Shown here: positions 1 to 8,480 of the stretch, piece after piece
Position numbering within the stretch: the first letter of the stretch is position 1
How the letters are laid out: each line of letters opens with the position of its first letter
Source of the DNA: a virus
Lineage: Duplodnaviria; Caudoviricetes
Strand: one strand, 5' to 3'
Virus record (IMG/VR): IMGVR_UViG_3300037761_000042
Location: 1 to 58,741 of that record
Length of the DNA stretch: 58,741 bases
The notes under the pieces: model-generated
The model's database searches: none
The model's input: only the letters and a program-made list of their open reading frames with translations
What the model was told of the DNA's origin: nothing
Translations under genes and position numbers: made by a program

Positions 1-127
1 ATAGTTTAAACTTAATTTCTCTCATAAGTCCTCCTTCGGGGCGAATTGAATCACCCCATATTAGTGAATTTTGGTTTACATAACTAAAACGGTAACTCAG
101 AATCGATTTCAGAATCCGTCATATCAA
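1..127. repeat. Terminal 127-bp direct repeat, left copy; probable circular assembly overlap
   Basis: 1-127 is identical to 58615-58741; the ORFs at 84..641 and 58211..58639 join seamlessly across it. Confidence 0.95.
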
Positions 128-641
128 CATGGTTTGAACTTGTAGAAGAACCGCTTAACCTTTTAATCTCTGGTATAGTAAAATCACCAGTACGAATTTT
201 ATCTGCCGTTCTCACTTGCTTACACTTAACTGACTTTCCAACTTCTCCATCGTTTCTCTCATATTCTTCTTCACCAAACAACCCACCAAACAACTTACCA
301 ACTAGCTTTTTTTCGTCCCAATCCCATTTAAAGCCACTGTTACTACCTTCAATTGCAGTCATAAACCCTTTGAAGTATTTTAGATCATCTTGTTTAACTG
401 TCTGGTAATACATGCCACCCCATTTAGCATCAGAATTTGTGAGTTTCTTTCTCTCAAATGAACGCTTATAAAAGTCCTTGTGTTCACCTTCTGCTATGTC
501 AAAACCAATTCTTAGCAGTGTTCCATAATCCTTATCCTCAGATGTAACCTTTAGTATCTTGCAAACGTAACCTCCAGCTGCTAATGTTTCAAAATCTCCT
601 GTAAATGCAACCGCTTTATCATACCCATCATATTTTTGCAT
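84..641 (-). CDS. Phage single-stranded DNA-binding protein (DUF669-like)
   Basis: Follows the Sak4-like ATPase; acidic C-terminal tail ending DSELPF, typical of SSBs. Confidence 0.65.
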   Translation of the reverse strand: MQKYDGYDKAVAFTGDFETLAAGGYVCKILKVTSEDKDYGTLLRIGFDIAEGEHKDFYKRSFERKKLTNSDAKWGGMYYQTVKQDDLKYFKGFMTAIEGSNSGFKWDWDEKKLVGKLFGGLFGEEEYERNDGEVGKSVKCKQVRTADKIRTGDFTIPEIKRLSGSSTSSNHVDMTDSEIDSELPF

Positions 642-653
642 TGTATTTCCTCC

Positions 654-1274
654 TTATATCTCCCAATATTTTCTTATTGTTTCATCTACCAATTTCAAGT
701 CATTATCAATTTCTAATGTATCAAACATATCTATAGGCGACTTACTAACCGCACCGTTAGCAGATTGTGTAATAAATTTATGATTGTTATTGTCACTTAC
801 ACATCTTAAAACAATGGTGAACATTCCTTCTAAACAAACCTTATCATCAAGCATCTTACCGACTGTTTTGGGCTTTACATCTCCAAACTCATTTACATCT
901 TCGTGCATCATCAGATACACAATTTTCTCAGCTGGAAGTTGAAGTGTGATGAATTGAATTAGATTCCAAAACTTGTCACCTAACTCGTTGTACAAACTAA
1001 AAACTCCATTTCCTTTACCGGCACTTGAATGATTATTCATAAAGTGGTTTGTAATTAAATAACCTGCATCATCAATTACAATTGATTTTTCTTTAGAACC
1101 CTTTAACCATTTTTCTACAATCTCATAATTATCTGATATGCCGCTTGGTATCTTGCCTTTGAATGGAAGGGGCTTGTCTAATACTTTTATTAAATTAAAC
1201 CCCTCTAAACAATTTCTAAGGCTTGTACTCTTGCCACTTCCCGACTTTCCAATAATTAATACTGGTATAGCGAT
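654..1274 (-). CDS. Sak4/AAA_24-family P-loop ATPase (recombinase), extended upstream to an ATC start
   Basis: Frame is open from 1274: IAIPVLIIGKSGSGKSTSLRN (Walker A), IVIDD (Walker B), later KTVGKMLD and EGMFTIVL; SD GAGGGGG 8 nt before ATC. Confidence 0.85.
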   Translation of the reverse strand: MAIPVLIIGKSGSGKSTSLRNCLEGFNLIKVLDKPLPFKGKIPSGISDNYEIVEKWLKGSKEKSIVIDDAGYLITNHFMNNHSSAGKGNGVFSLYNELGDKFWNLIQFITLQLPAEKIVYLMMHEDVNEFGDVKPKTVGKMLDDKVCLEGMFTIVLRCVSDNNNHKFITQSANGAVSKSPIDMFDTLEIDNDLKLVDETIRKYWEI

Positions 1275-1288
1275 AAGCCATTCCCCCT

Positions 1289-1762
1289 CTATTTAATCTG
1301 TAAATTCTGCTTCTCAACCAACTCCACACCCTCAAAAACCTTACCTTTTTGTATGTATTCTTTAATGTCTTTCTTAGGTATTTTTACAACTTCCTCAACT
1401 TCGCAAAATTGCTTATAAAGTTGTTTGAATGTTTCTTCATTGGTGATGTTCAGCCCGATTGATTTTCTGTAGCTAATAGCAACCTTTCCAGTGGCAAACT
1501 TATTCCCTTGCAATATGAAAGTTAGATATTCTTTCAGCTTATCTGTTTTGTTGCCAAGTGATTTCTCTCTGTCTTGTAGTGATTTTCTTTCATTTGTTAC
1601 TGCTATTGCTTCTGCTTCAAGATTTTTAATCCAGAGTGCAATATTTTCGATTTTTGTATCACGATCAATTTTTAGTTGTTCAAACTTTTCGTAATCTAAT
1701 ATTTCACCAGATTCAGAATCAATTAGTCCTTCAATTTCTTGCATAATTTCATACAGTTTCAT
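1289..1762 (-). CDS. Siphovirus Gp157-family protein
   Basis: MKLYEI N-terminus, KIENIA..IKNLEAEA coiled coil, ISYRKS, C-terminal GVELVEKQNLQIK. Confidence 0.85.
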   Translation of the reverse strand: MKLYEIMQEIEGLIDSESGEILDYEKFEQLKIDRDTKIENIALWIKNLEAEAIAVTNERKSLQDREKSLGNKTDKLKEYLTFILQGNKFATGKVAISYRKSIGLNITNEETFKQLYKQFCEVEEVVKIPKKDIKEYIQKGKVFEGVELVEKQNLQIK

Positions 1763-1890
1763 TCTTCAACCTCCTTAAAATATTCACACACATTTTGTCT
1801 ATATTTCAGCTTGCATCTATCGAATTTGATGCAGTTTACATTAGTGCATTTGATTGGCACTGGATTGCCTAGAGTGTCATTCAAATTCAT
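1759..1890 (-). CDS. Small Cys-rich hypothetical protein (43 aa)
   Basis: MNLNDTLGNPVPIKCTNVNCIKFDRCKLKYRQNVCEYFKEVEE; ATGA coupling to gp157; not in the ORF track. Confidence 0.55.
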   Translation of the reverse strand: MNLNDTLGNPVPIKCTNVNCIKFDRCKLKYRQNVCEYFKEVEE

Positions 1891-2173
1891 TAAACACACC
1901 ACTTTCGGGATTTCTATACTTGGCTACTAACAACCTATTTTCTTCCGCGAGCCCTCGGTTTGACTTTTGTTCGGTATCTAACAATAATTTGAGTTTTTTA
2001 ATTTCTTTGTTCATTTCATCTACCTTGTCACTGTACATGTAAACGCTTTCTTGCAAGTCTGCTTTATCTTTTTTATCCTTCTCGGCGTTTTCAATTAACT
2101 TTGCTAAAGCATCCTGTAATCTATCCCAATCAACAAATTTCCAAGGTATGTCTGGTCTAAATTCATTGCTCAT
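1877..2173 (-). CDS. Hypothetical coiled-coil protein
   Basis: Probable start MSNEFRPD after SD GAGGT; heptad-rich. Confidence 0.6.
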   Translation of the reverse strand: MSNEFRPDIPWKFVDWDRLQDALAKLIENAEKDKKDKADLQESVYMYSDKVDEMNKEIKKLKLLLDTEQKSNRGLAEENRLLVAKYRNPESGVFNEFE

Positions 2174-2672
2174 TGTTGACCTCACTTTCACCACTCCCAA
2201 GTAACACATTCTTAGGCAATACAGACTTAATAAAATCAACATCTACTGGTGAATCTGGTTGAATTGGCTTACTGTTGCTTGGAAATTCAATCCCACATAG
2301 TTGCAAAAATTCTATTGCTTTATCTGCATTTCTAATGGTTTTGAGTCTGTTTTCAATAATCTTAAATTGGCTTCTTATCTTCTGGAATTCTTGGTCTTTT
2401 GAATCGAAATAGCGGTTTTGAGCATAGTTAAATAAATCTTCTTTGTAATATCCTCTACTGAAAGAATGGTAGGCCTTTCGATATTTTCGAATTAAATCTT
2501 CGACCTTTTCAATACAGTTTTCAAAACTTTTAAAATCCATTTCCATTTCCGCATTCTCTTCAACTTGCTTTGCAAATTCAGTGTTGCGAGTCACTCTGAA
2601 TTGGCTCATAGCCTCACTTTTTATAAAAGCAACCTTATCTTTAATTTCTGACATTGTGTAATTAGTTTTCAT
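2163..2672 (-). CDS. Hypothetical protein
   Basis: 169-aa ORF within the early operon. Confidence 0.65.
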   Translation of the reverse strand: MKTNYTMSEIKDKVAFIKSEAMSQFRVTRNTEFAKQVEENAEMEMDFKSFENCIEKVEDLIRKYRKAYHSFSRGYYKEDLFNYAQNRYFDSKDQEFQKIRSQFKIIENRLKTIRNADKAIEFLQLCGIEFPSNSKPIQPDSPVDVDFIKSVLPKNVLLGSGESEVNNEQ

Positions 2673-2706
2673 CTTTACATTCCCATCCTCTCATGGTATA
2701 TTTTGT

Positions 2707-2898
2707 TTAGATTGTTTTGTTGAACACCTTTCCCGAGGTGTTTATTTTCTTGTAGTTCTTGCCGTACACTTCAACATGAGGCTGTACGGTTTTTGCTTTC
2801 TTATGTACCTTAGTTCCAAACCATTCCATAAAGTAGTTTGTTGCAAGTCCTAAACTGTAAAACACTGCAAACCAAAAGCCTAGTTCCCATTTACTCAT
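2707..2898 (-). CDS. Small membrane protein
   Basis: N-terminal hydrophobic segment; ATGA coupling to the AbrB-like gene. Confidence 0.55.
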   Translation of the reverse strand: MSKWELGFWFAVFYSLGLATNYFMEWFGTKVHKKAKTVQPHVEVYGKNYKKINTSGKVFNKTI

Positions 2899-3134
2899 TT
2901 ACTAACCAACTCCCTACACTTACTACAAACTTTTTTATCCCATACATCTTTTAAATCATCCATTTCACCGCATAGAGCACAGCCCGGTATATACTTTCTT
3001 AACAATATCGCTTCACCTTCTGTAAATATTTCTAGTCCGTCACCAATTTCAATATCAAAAGTCCTGCGTAATTCAATCGGAATTACTATCCTTCCAAGCT
3101 CATCAACTTTTCTAACGATTCCTAATGATTTCAT
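2895..3134 (-). CDS. abrB: AbrB-family transition-state regulator with C-terminal Cys motifs
   Basis: MKSLGIVRKVDELGRIVIPIELRRT AbrB signature; CALCG...CSKC as in clostridial AbrBs. Confidence 0.9.
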   Translation of the reverse strand: MKSLGIVRKVDELGRIVIPIELRRTFDIEIGDGLEIFTEGEAILLRKYIPGCALCGEMDDLKDVWDKKVCSKCRELVSK

Positions 3135-3349
3135 AATTTTTCTTCCTCCTCAGTTTTATTTGGTATTTCACGATTCATCCACCTTCTAACAATTTGATAC
3201 TGCTTGCATTTAGTGTAGTTCTTGTTACAATAGTTACTGATATGTAATGCTGCATCACCGTGAAATCTATCTTTTTCTAATCCACATTGACAATTAATTA
3301 CGCTTTTTGTGCAACCAGTACAACATGGGCAATCAATACCTTTTAGCAT
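3131..3349 (-). CDS. Cys-rich hypothetical protein
   Basis: 72 aa with many Cys; coupled to its neighbour. Confidence 0.55.
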   Translation of the reverse strand: MLKGIDCPCCTGCTKSVINCQCGLEKDRFHGDAALHISNYCNKNYTKCKQYQIVRRWMNREIPNKTEEEEKL

Positions 3350-3355
3350 GGTGTA

Positions 3356-3499
3356 TCACTCCTTTGACTCTATAGTTGGTTGCGTATCTAGTAACTCCAA
3401 CATGCGGTTAAATTCGTAATTTGTAGGCTTATCTAAAAATATTTCTTCGCATAATTCCCATAGTTCGCTTCTATATGCATCTACATCAATCAATTTCAA
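3356..3499 (-). CDS. Small phage protein of the MxLIDxDA...PTI type (47 aa)
   Basis: TTG start after AAGGAG; MKLIDVDAYRSELWELCEEIFLDKPTNYEFNRMLELLDTQPTIESKE. Confidence 0.6.
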   Translation of the reverse strand: MKLIDVDAYRSELWELCEEIFLDKPTNYEFNRMLELLDTQPTIESKE

Positions 3500-3505
3500 T
3501 GTGCA

Positions 3506-4048
3506 TCACTCCTTTCTAATTCTAATTTCTTTCCCCTCAACTTCGCTCAGCATTGCTTCTGCTTCTTCTTTTGTGACGTAGGTTGGTTCGGTGCGCTGGT
3601 ATAGGAGTTCGCCTTTATAATTCGCATTTAACATGTCATATGTATAGTTAGGATTAAATACTTTAACAATTTCTAATTTGGGTAACCCTTCACATTTCAA
3701 ATCATTGCTGTAATTGTCCAAATTAGACCAGAATTCGTTAGCATTAATAAAAATATCACCATAATAAGTACCTAACATAACTACATATGTACGGCCATTC
3801 CTCAATTCCACCCTCATCCCCGTCCTCAAATCTGCCTTTGTGAATGTTGGTTCGGTTACGGTTACGAGTTCGAATTTAATTTCACTATTTCTTGTGTTGA
3901 AATCTTCAACACTGTCATAGCGGCAAGATTTATCACCATTCTTCCAAGTTGTACTCCCATTTTTAAAATCAAAAATATCCCCTATTTCGCATTGATCTTT
4001 TAAAAGTTCACTGTCGTTTCTTACACACCTAACTTTAAAATTTCCCAT
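3506..4048 (-). CDS. Hypothetical phage protein
   Basis: 180 aa; FTKADLRTGMRVELRNG-type segment common in Firmicutes phages. Confidence 0.65.
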   Translation of the reverse strand: MGNFKVRCVRNDSELLKDQCEIGDIFDFKNGSTTWKNGDKSCRYDSVEDFNTRNSEIKFELVTVTEPTFTKADLRTGMRVELRNGRTYVVMLGTYYGDIFINANEFWSNLDNYSNDLKCEGLPKLEIVKVFNPNYTYDMLNANYKGELLYQRTEPTYVTKEEAEAMLSEVEGKEIRIRKE

Positions 4049-4064
4049 ATTATGCTCCTTCTGC

Positions 4065-4337
4065 CTAATCTAGGCCCTCAAATAATTCGGATAGGTCTAA
4101 CGCCACATCTGGCATTGTATAAAACTGTTCTTTGGATTTTAGTAGCTTGTAAATTTCACATACAACCTGTTGCGCTTCTCCTTCGTCATATGTACCTAAC
4201 ATGTGATTTTTGAATAGTGACTTGCCGTAAACGTTTGAACCATAATACTTACCATTGTTGTACTTATCTTCCGCATAGATTTTAGATAACCAGTTAAAAT
4301 TAAAAATTAGATCTTTGTCTTGACTAAGAATTTTCAT
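4065..4337 (-). CDS. Hypothetical protein
   Basis: Probable start MKILSQDK after AGGAGG. Confidence 0.6.
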   Translation of the reverse strand: MKILSQDKDLIFNFNWLSKIYAEDKYNNGKYYGSNVYGKSLFKNHMLGTYDEGEAQQVVCEIYKLLKSKEQFYTMPDVALDLSELFEGLD

Positions 4338-4347
4338 AAATGGCCTC

Positions 4348-4491
4348 CTAATAAAATAAGTGTGGTTTTGATACCTTAAGTTCATATATTGTTTTATCAG
4401 GAGTTAAGTAAATGCTTAAACGTTGGTAAGTTTCGCAGTATGGTTTTCTTTCACAAGTGGTACAAATTTTAGAGGATAGACAGTTTTTCAT
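4348..4491 (-). CDS. Small hypothetical protein (47 aa, CxxC)
   Basis: MKNCLSSKICTTCERKPYCETY...; fills the gap between neighbours; SD AAAGGA. Confidence 0.45.
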   Translation of the reverse strand: MKNCLSSKICTTCERKPYCETYQRLSIYLTPDKTIYELKVSKPHLFY

Positions 4492-4509
4492 AATTTATCC
4501 TTTCTTGCA

Positions 4510-5337
4510 TTATTCATTTTTATCCAATTCATAAATTATTTTTGCATTATCACACATTTTGTGTAGTCTCCAAGTCTTGCCATCAAAACTAGGTATCAAT
4601 CCAAGATTCCACAAATCAATACATGATTGGAATGGGTTTTTGTCTTCCATGCAGTTAATATATTTCCAATTTGTTATTGCAAAAAATGTTGAAATGTAAG
4701 CCCTAACCGAATCCCTAACCGAAGCCCTAACCGAAGCCCTAACCGAATCCCAAACCGAAGCCCCAACCGAATCCCCAACCGAAGCCCAAACCGAAGCCCT
4801 AACCGAAGCCCAAACCGAATCCCTAACCGAATCCCAAACCGAAGCCCCAACCGAATCCCCAACCGAAGCCCTAACCGAATCCCAAACCGAATCCCTAACC
4901 GAATCCCTAACCGAATCCCTAACCGAATCCCTAACCGAAGCCCACATTATTAACAATGCAATTTCTGATTCATTAACATTGTCACTATGTTGAATGTTTT
5001 TGGGATTAATGATATCTTTTATTTGTAATTCTGGAACAATAGTTTTAAAATCAAGATTAATACATTTTTCTTTAACAATTGCTGAATCATTTTTATTGTT
5101 TATTTGATCTATTGTGAATTCTTTTGTTAAAGGATTGTATTCATACTTGTTGTACATATCCTCTTCTTTGCTAAAAATATTATTATGTGCCATTATGCTG
5201 CTATGGCTGTCTGTTTCAGTTATACGATTTCCTTTGCTATCTTTTAAAGTGCCCTCAATAATCTGTTTGCGTTGTTCGGTGTTAAAGTACATTATTTCTC
5301 CTGCTCCATCCGAAACTACGCTAAAAAAATCACACAT
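4510..5337 (-). CDS. Hypothetical protein with 20 SV[R/W/G][D/A] tetrapeptide repeats
   Basis: 275-aa ORF with SD GAGGGGG; repeats flanked by non-repetitive sequence. Confidence 0.8.
   Translation of the reverse strand: MCDFFSVVSDGAGEIMYFNTEQRKQIIEGTLKDSKGNRITETDSHSSIMAHNNIFSKEEDMYNKYEYNPLTKEFTIDQINNKNDSAIVKEKCINLDFKTIVPELQIKDIINPKNIQHSDNVNESEIALLIMWASVRDSVRDSVRDSVRDSVWDSVRASVGDSVGASVWDSVRDSVWASVRASVWASVGDSVGASVWDSVRASVRASVRDSVRAYISTFFAITNWKYINCMEDKNPFQSCIDLWNLGLIPSFDGKTWRLHKMCDNAKIIYELDKNE
4699..4938 (-). repeat. Coding minisatellite, 20 x 12 bp, TCGGTT[A/T/G]GGG[A/C]T
   Basis: Parsed unit by unit; only positions 7 and 11 vary. Confidence 0.97.
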
Positions 5338-5370
5338 AATTAACCCCCTCAGTTTTATTTTATTTAGAAA

Positions 5371-5472
5371 TTAAAGAAAATAAATTATTATCATTAGTAG
5401 AATCCCAAACGCTGTTAACCCCCAAGAAAACCCATTTGATTTTTCACATTTAGATTCTAACTTTTTAAGCAT
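5371..5472 (-). CDS. Small membrane peptide (33 aa)
   Basis: AGGAGGT SD; MLKKLESKCEKSNGFSWGLTAFGILLMIIIYFL. Confidence 0.5.
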   Translation of the reverse strand: MLKKLESKCEKSNGFSWGLTAFGILLMIIIYFL

Positions 5473-5485
5473 TGCGCTACCTCCT

Positions 5486-6199
5486 TTATGCTACATATTT
5501 GATCGTGTATTCCTTTACTATTGCGGCATATATCTCTTTTAGCTTTGGGTCTGCTTCTAAAATATCCATCTTGTTAATCTTGGCTATTGCCGACTTGCTT
5601 GCACCTTCGAATTTCATTCTGTCTTGTTGATTGCTGAGTCTACGACCTAAATCAACATGTGCTCTTTCTTCTAGTAGTTTGTAGCTTTCTGACCTTAATT
5701 CGCGGTATTTGTCATTCCCTACAGCTTGCACAATTTTGTTAAACATTCGGTTAATATCTTCTCGCCAATTGTCTGGAGTGGTAATTACTGTTTCCTTAAT
5801 TGTAGAAATGGTATCTGCTAATTGTTTTACTTGAAGCTGTTGAGCTGCTACTGTTTGAAATATTTTATTGAACATTTGTAGTTCTGGAGAAAGTCTTGAA
5901 ATATCAATGTTGGTTTGCTCCTGCTTCATAGCCAAGTCAATCAATTTTGCTCTTACCACTGCATCATACCTAGCGGCTAATTGCAAAACACCTTCTTTAG
6001 TTAATATGTAGTATGGAATTGTTCTTCCGGTAGAATCTTGTCTTTCACTCAAACCAAATTTGGTTTCAGTAGCGACTCCTGCATTTTCTAACTTCTCAAT
6101 TTCATCTTTAATGTCTCTAGTGATATGGTGATGTAATTTCCCTGTTACTTCTGCAATCTCCATTGATGTCATTTGGCTGATGTTTGTTAAATTGTTCAT
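5486..6199 (-). CDS. Rha-family phage regulatory/antirepressor protein
   Basis: MTSMEIAEVTGKLHHHITRDI and YILTKEGVLQLAARYD Rha motifs; start MNNLT after AGGAGGT. Confidence 0.85.
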   Translation of the reverse strand: MNNLTNISQMTSMEIAEVTGKLHHHITRDIKDEIEKLENAGVATETKFGLSERQDSTGRTIPYYILTKEGVLQLAARYDAVVRAKLIDLAMKQEQTNIDISRLSPELQMFNKIFQTVAAQQLQVKQLADTISTIKETVITTPDNWREDINRMFNKIVQAVGNDKYRELRSESYKLLEERAHVDLGRRLSNQQDRMKFEGASKSAIAKINKMDILEADPKLKEIYAAIVKEYTIKYVA

Positions 6200-6210
6200 A
6201 TGTACCTCCT

Positions 6211-6318
6211 TTACCATTTAACCTTTTTAAGCAGTTCAATTAATTCGTTCTCTGTAATTTCCTTACCATTGTGTTCAAAAACAACTTGGTATTGTACTTT
6301 CTTAGCTTTTTGGCTCAA
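6211..6318 (-). CDS. Small hypothetical protein (35 aa)
   Basis: TTG start after GGGAG; MSQKAKKVQYQVVFEHNGKEITENELIELLKKVKW. Confidence 0.4.
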   Translation of the reverse strand: MSQKAKKVQYQVVFEHNGKEITENELIELLKKVKW

Positions 6319-6574
6319 TGACTTTTCTCCCTTCTGTAGTAAATTTTTCAAGCGGTACGTCTAATGCCTTAGCTATTGCTACCACATAGTCAAAATTTGG
6401 TTTAGTGCCGTTTTCCATGTTCTGCAATGACTGATATGGTATTTTTGCTTTTTTGGCCAGAGTGCATAATGGAATATTTTTCTGAATACGTAATTCTTTT
6501 ACAATCTCGCCTATAGTGAGTGTTTTGACGTTTTTATTGATTATAGTTCCTCTTGCCAATTTGTATTTTGTCAA
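6302..6574 (-). CDS. Cro-like XRE helix-turn-helix regulator
   Basis: IVKELR...LAKKAKIPYQSLQNMENG.KP HTH; first gene of the leftward operon; SD AGGAGGT. Confidence 0.85.
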   Translation of the reverse strand: MTKYKLARGTIINKNVKTLTIGEIVKELRIQKNIPLCTLAKKAKIPYQSLQNMENGTKPNFDYVVAIAKALDVPLEKFTTEGRKVIEPKS

Positions 6575-6592
6575 AAATATACCTCCTTTCTA

Positions 6593-6621
6593 TTGACTTT
6601 ATACCCGAATTAGGGTATAAT
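6593..6621 (+). promoter_or_regulatory. Sigma-A promoter toward cI, with operator O1 in its spacer
   Basis: TTGACT-17 bp-TATAAT; spacer holds the near-palindrome ATACCCGAATTAGGGTAT (6601-6618). Confidence 0.8.
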
Positions 6622-6706
6622 TCTCCTTGGTTCGATACCAATATTGCGTTTGGAGACTAAGTATTGGTATCTCGTGTAGGTGTTTTAATTGCTTGCTACA
6701 TTTTTT

Positions 6707-6760
6707 ATTATACTCCAATTTGGGCGTTAATCAATGGCGATTATATTCCATTTAGGGCGT
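6707..6760 (-). promoter_or_regulatory. Leftward (lytic) promoter with operators O2 and O3
   Basis: Minus strand TTGATT-16 bp-TATAAT (6734 to 6707); O2 ATACTCCAATTTGGGCGT (6710-6727) and O3 ATATTCCATTTAGGGCGT (6743-6760) align with O1. Confidence 0.7.
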
Positions 6761-6825
6761 TGACATAAAATTAGCTTTGTTTTTCTGCGCCTATATCTGT
6801 AAATCTTTAATTATCGGAGGATATC

Positions 6826-7140
6826 ATGGATTTGAGCGAAAGAATAAACGAACTTTTAAAAGAAAGAAAATGGACTTACTACAAGTTGCATAAAATGAGT
6901 GGTGTTCCTAAGTCTACAGTCGAACATATAGTAAAAGGAACAAGAAAAACTACTTCCCATGAAAACATTCAGAAAATAGCCGATGCATTTAATTTAACTG
7001 TATCTGATTTATTAGGAGAAACAACACCTAACCTAGAAAACTGTTATGTGGAAGTGGCAAAAATTGCACAAGATAGGAAAATTGATCCTGCAAGACTTCT
7101 TGCTATAATAGAATTATTTGAAAAGGATGAAAATAAATGA
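6826..7140 (+). CDS. CI-like XRE repressor without S24 peptidase domain
   Basis: HTH YKLHKMSGVPKSTVEHIVKG...IQKIADAFNLTVSDLLG; divergent from cro; ATGA-coupled to the integrase. Confidence 0.85.
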   Translation: MDLSERINELLKERKWTYYKLHKMSGVPKSTVEHIVKGTRKTTSHENIQKIADAFNLTVSDLLGETTPNLENCYVEVAKIAQDRKIDPARLLAIIELFEKDENK

Positions 7141-8480
7141 TAGCTGCTATATATATAAGGGTCAGTACAGAAATGCAAGTTGAGGACGGCTTTTCCATAT
7201 CGGCTCAAACAAGGTTGTTAACTGATTATTGCCAAAAAGAAGGAATTACGGTTTTTAAAATATACGCTGACGAAGGATTATCTGGGCAAAAAGAAAATAG
7301 GCCTCAGTTTCAAGAGATGCTAAACGATGCTGAAAATAAAAATTTCAATATAATATTAGTACATAAATTCGATAGGTTTGCACGTAAAGTTGAATTAAGT
7401 CAAAGAATTAAAAAGCAACTAAAAAGTGCTGGTGTTAATGTAATAAGCATGACAGAGCCTATAGAAGATTCGCCTATTGGATTTTTTCAAGAGGGAATCA
7501 TGGAATTACTCTCAGAATATTACGTTCGCAATCTTGCAATTGAAGTAAAAAAGGGACTTGTAGAAGCATCAAAGCAAGGTCAAGTGACAGGTCGAGTTCC
7601 ATTTGGATATAATAAAGATATGACTATTAATAATGAACAAGCTACTATAATTAAACAAATATTTGACTGGTATACCAATACCGGATATGGAGTAAATAAA
7701 ATTGCAAATATGTTAAATGAAAATCGAGTACCAGCAGCTTGTGGAAACCACTGGACACAAGTAAGAATAAAACAAATAATTCAAAACGTAAAATATGTTG
7801 GTGATATATATTTTTCTGGTGAAGTTTATTTGGGAAAACATGAGCCAATAATAGATAGAATATCATTTGAAAAAACTCAAGATATTTTTAATAAAAAGAA
7901 AACAGAACGAACTCGTTGTGGCTCTAATTATGAAAAGTTTTTACTCGCAGGAATGTTGCGTTGTGGCATATGTGGTTATCCAATGAGAACTAAGCATACC
8001 AAATATTACCTATGTAGCGAATACGATTCACACTCTATCCCAAAAATATGTGATCATAAAAAATGCCACAACATTATTGATTTAGAAACATCAATTATTG
8101 AGGCTTTTAGGAATCCGCTTACTCAAACAAAAATTATTAACAGCATAAGGAATGTAAACTCAAACGAATTATTATTTAAAAATCGGAAAACTAAAATAAA
8201 GACTGAATTAGAGAAGTCTCGCCAAGCGTTTCTAAAAGGCGTTTTTACGGAAGAAGAATATTTAGCGGATAAAGAGAAGTGCAATAAAGAATTAATTGAA
8301 ATAGGCAAGTTTGAGAGCGTAAAAATACAACATATAAAACCAAGTATAGTAATTAATAATGCAATGGATGATTTTGAGAATACTAGAAGTATATTAGAAC
8401 AAAAAGCAAAACTAAAGAAATTCATAGATAATATAGTAGTTTTCCCATCTGGAGAAATAAAAGTTAACATATACCTTTAA
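7137..8480 (+). CDS. Large serine recombinase (integrase)
   Basis: AIYIRVST catalytic motif, DRFAR, PFGY, Zn-ribbon CGICG...C...C, coiled coil. Confidence 0.95.
   Translation: MIAAIYIRVSTEMQVEDGFSISAQTRLLTDYCQKEGITVFKIYADEGLSGQKENRPQFQEMLNDAENKNFNIILVHKFDRFARKVELSQRIKKQLKSAGVNVISMTEPIEDSPIGFFQEGIMELLSEYYVRNLAIEVKKGLVEASKQGQVTGRVPFGYNKDMTINNEQATIIKQIFDWYTNTGYGVNKIANMLNENRVPAACGNHWTQVRIKQIIQNVKYVGDIYFSGEVYLGKHEPIIDRISFEKTQDIFNKKKTERTRCGSNYEKFLLAGMLRCGICGYPMRTKHTKYYLCSEYDSHSIPKICDHKKCHNIIDLETSIIEAFRNPLTQTKIINSIRNVNSNELLFKNRKTKIKTELEKSRQAFLKGVFTEEEYLADKEKCNKELIEIGKFESVKIQHIKPSIVINNAMDDFENTRSILEQKAKLKKFIDNIVVFPSGEIKVNIYL

Noticed and set aside
1-127. Terminal repeat as a biological direct terminal repeat
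   Set aside because: It cuts through coding sequence and its length equals a common assembler k-mer (127); an assembly overlap is more likely
4674-4862. Alternative-frame ORF of GIRL/GLRF repeats
   Set aside because: By-product of the 12-bp repeat; no SD; nested inside the 275-aa gene
4699-4938. CRISPR array, telomere, or diversity-generating retroelement target
   Set aside because: No spacers; internal and in frame; no reverse transcriptase or template repeat seen; position 11 is only A or C, unlike random A-to-N mutagenesis
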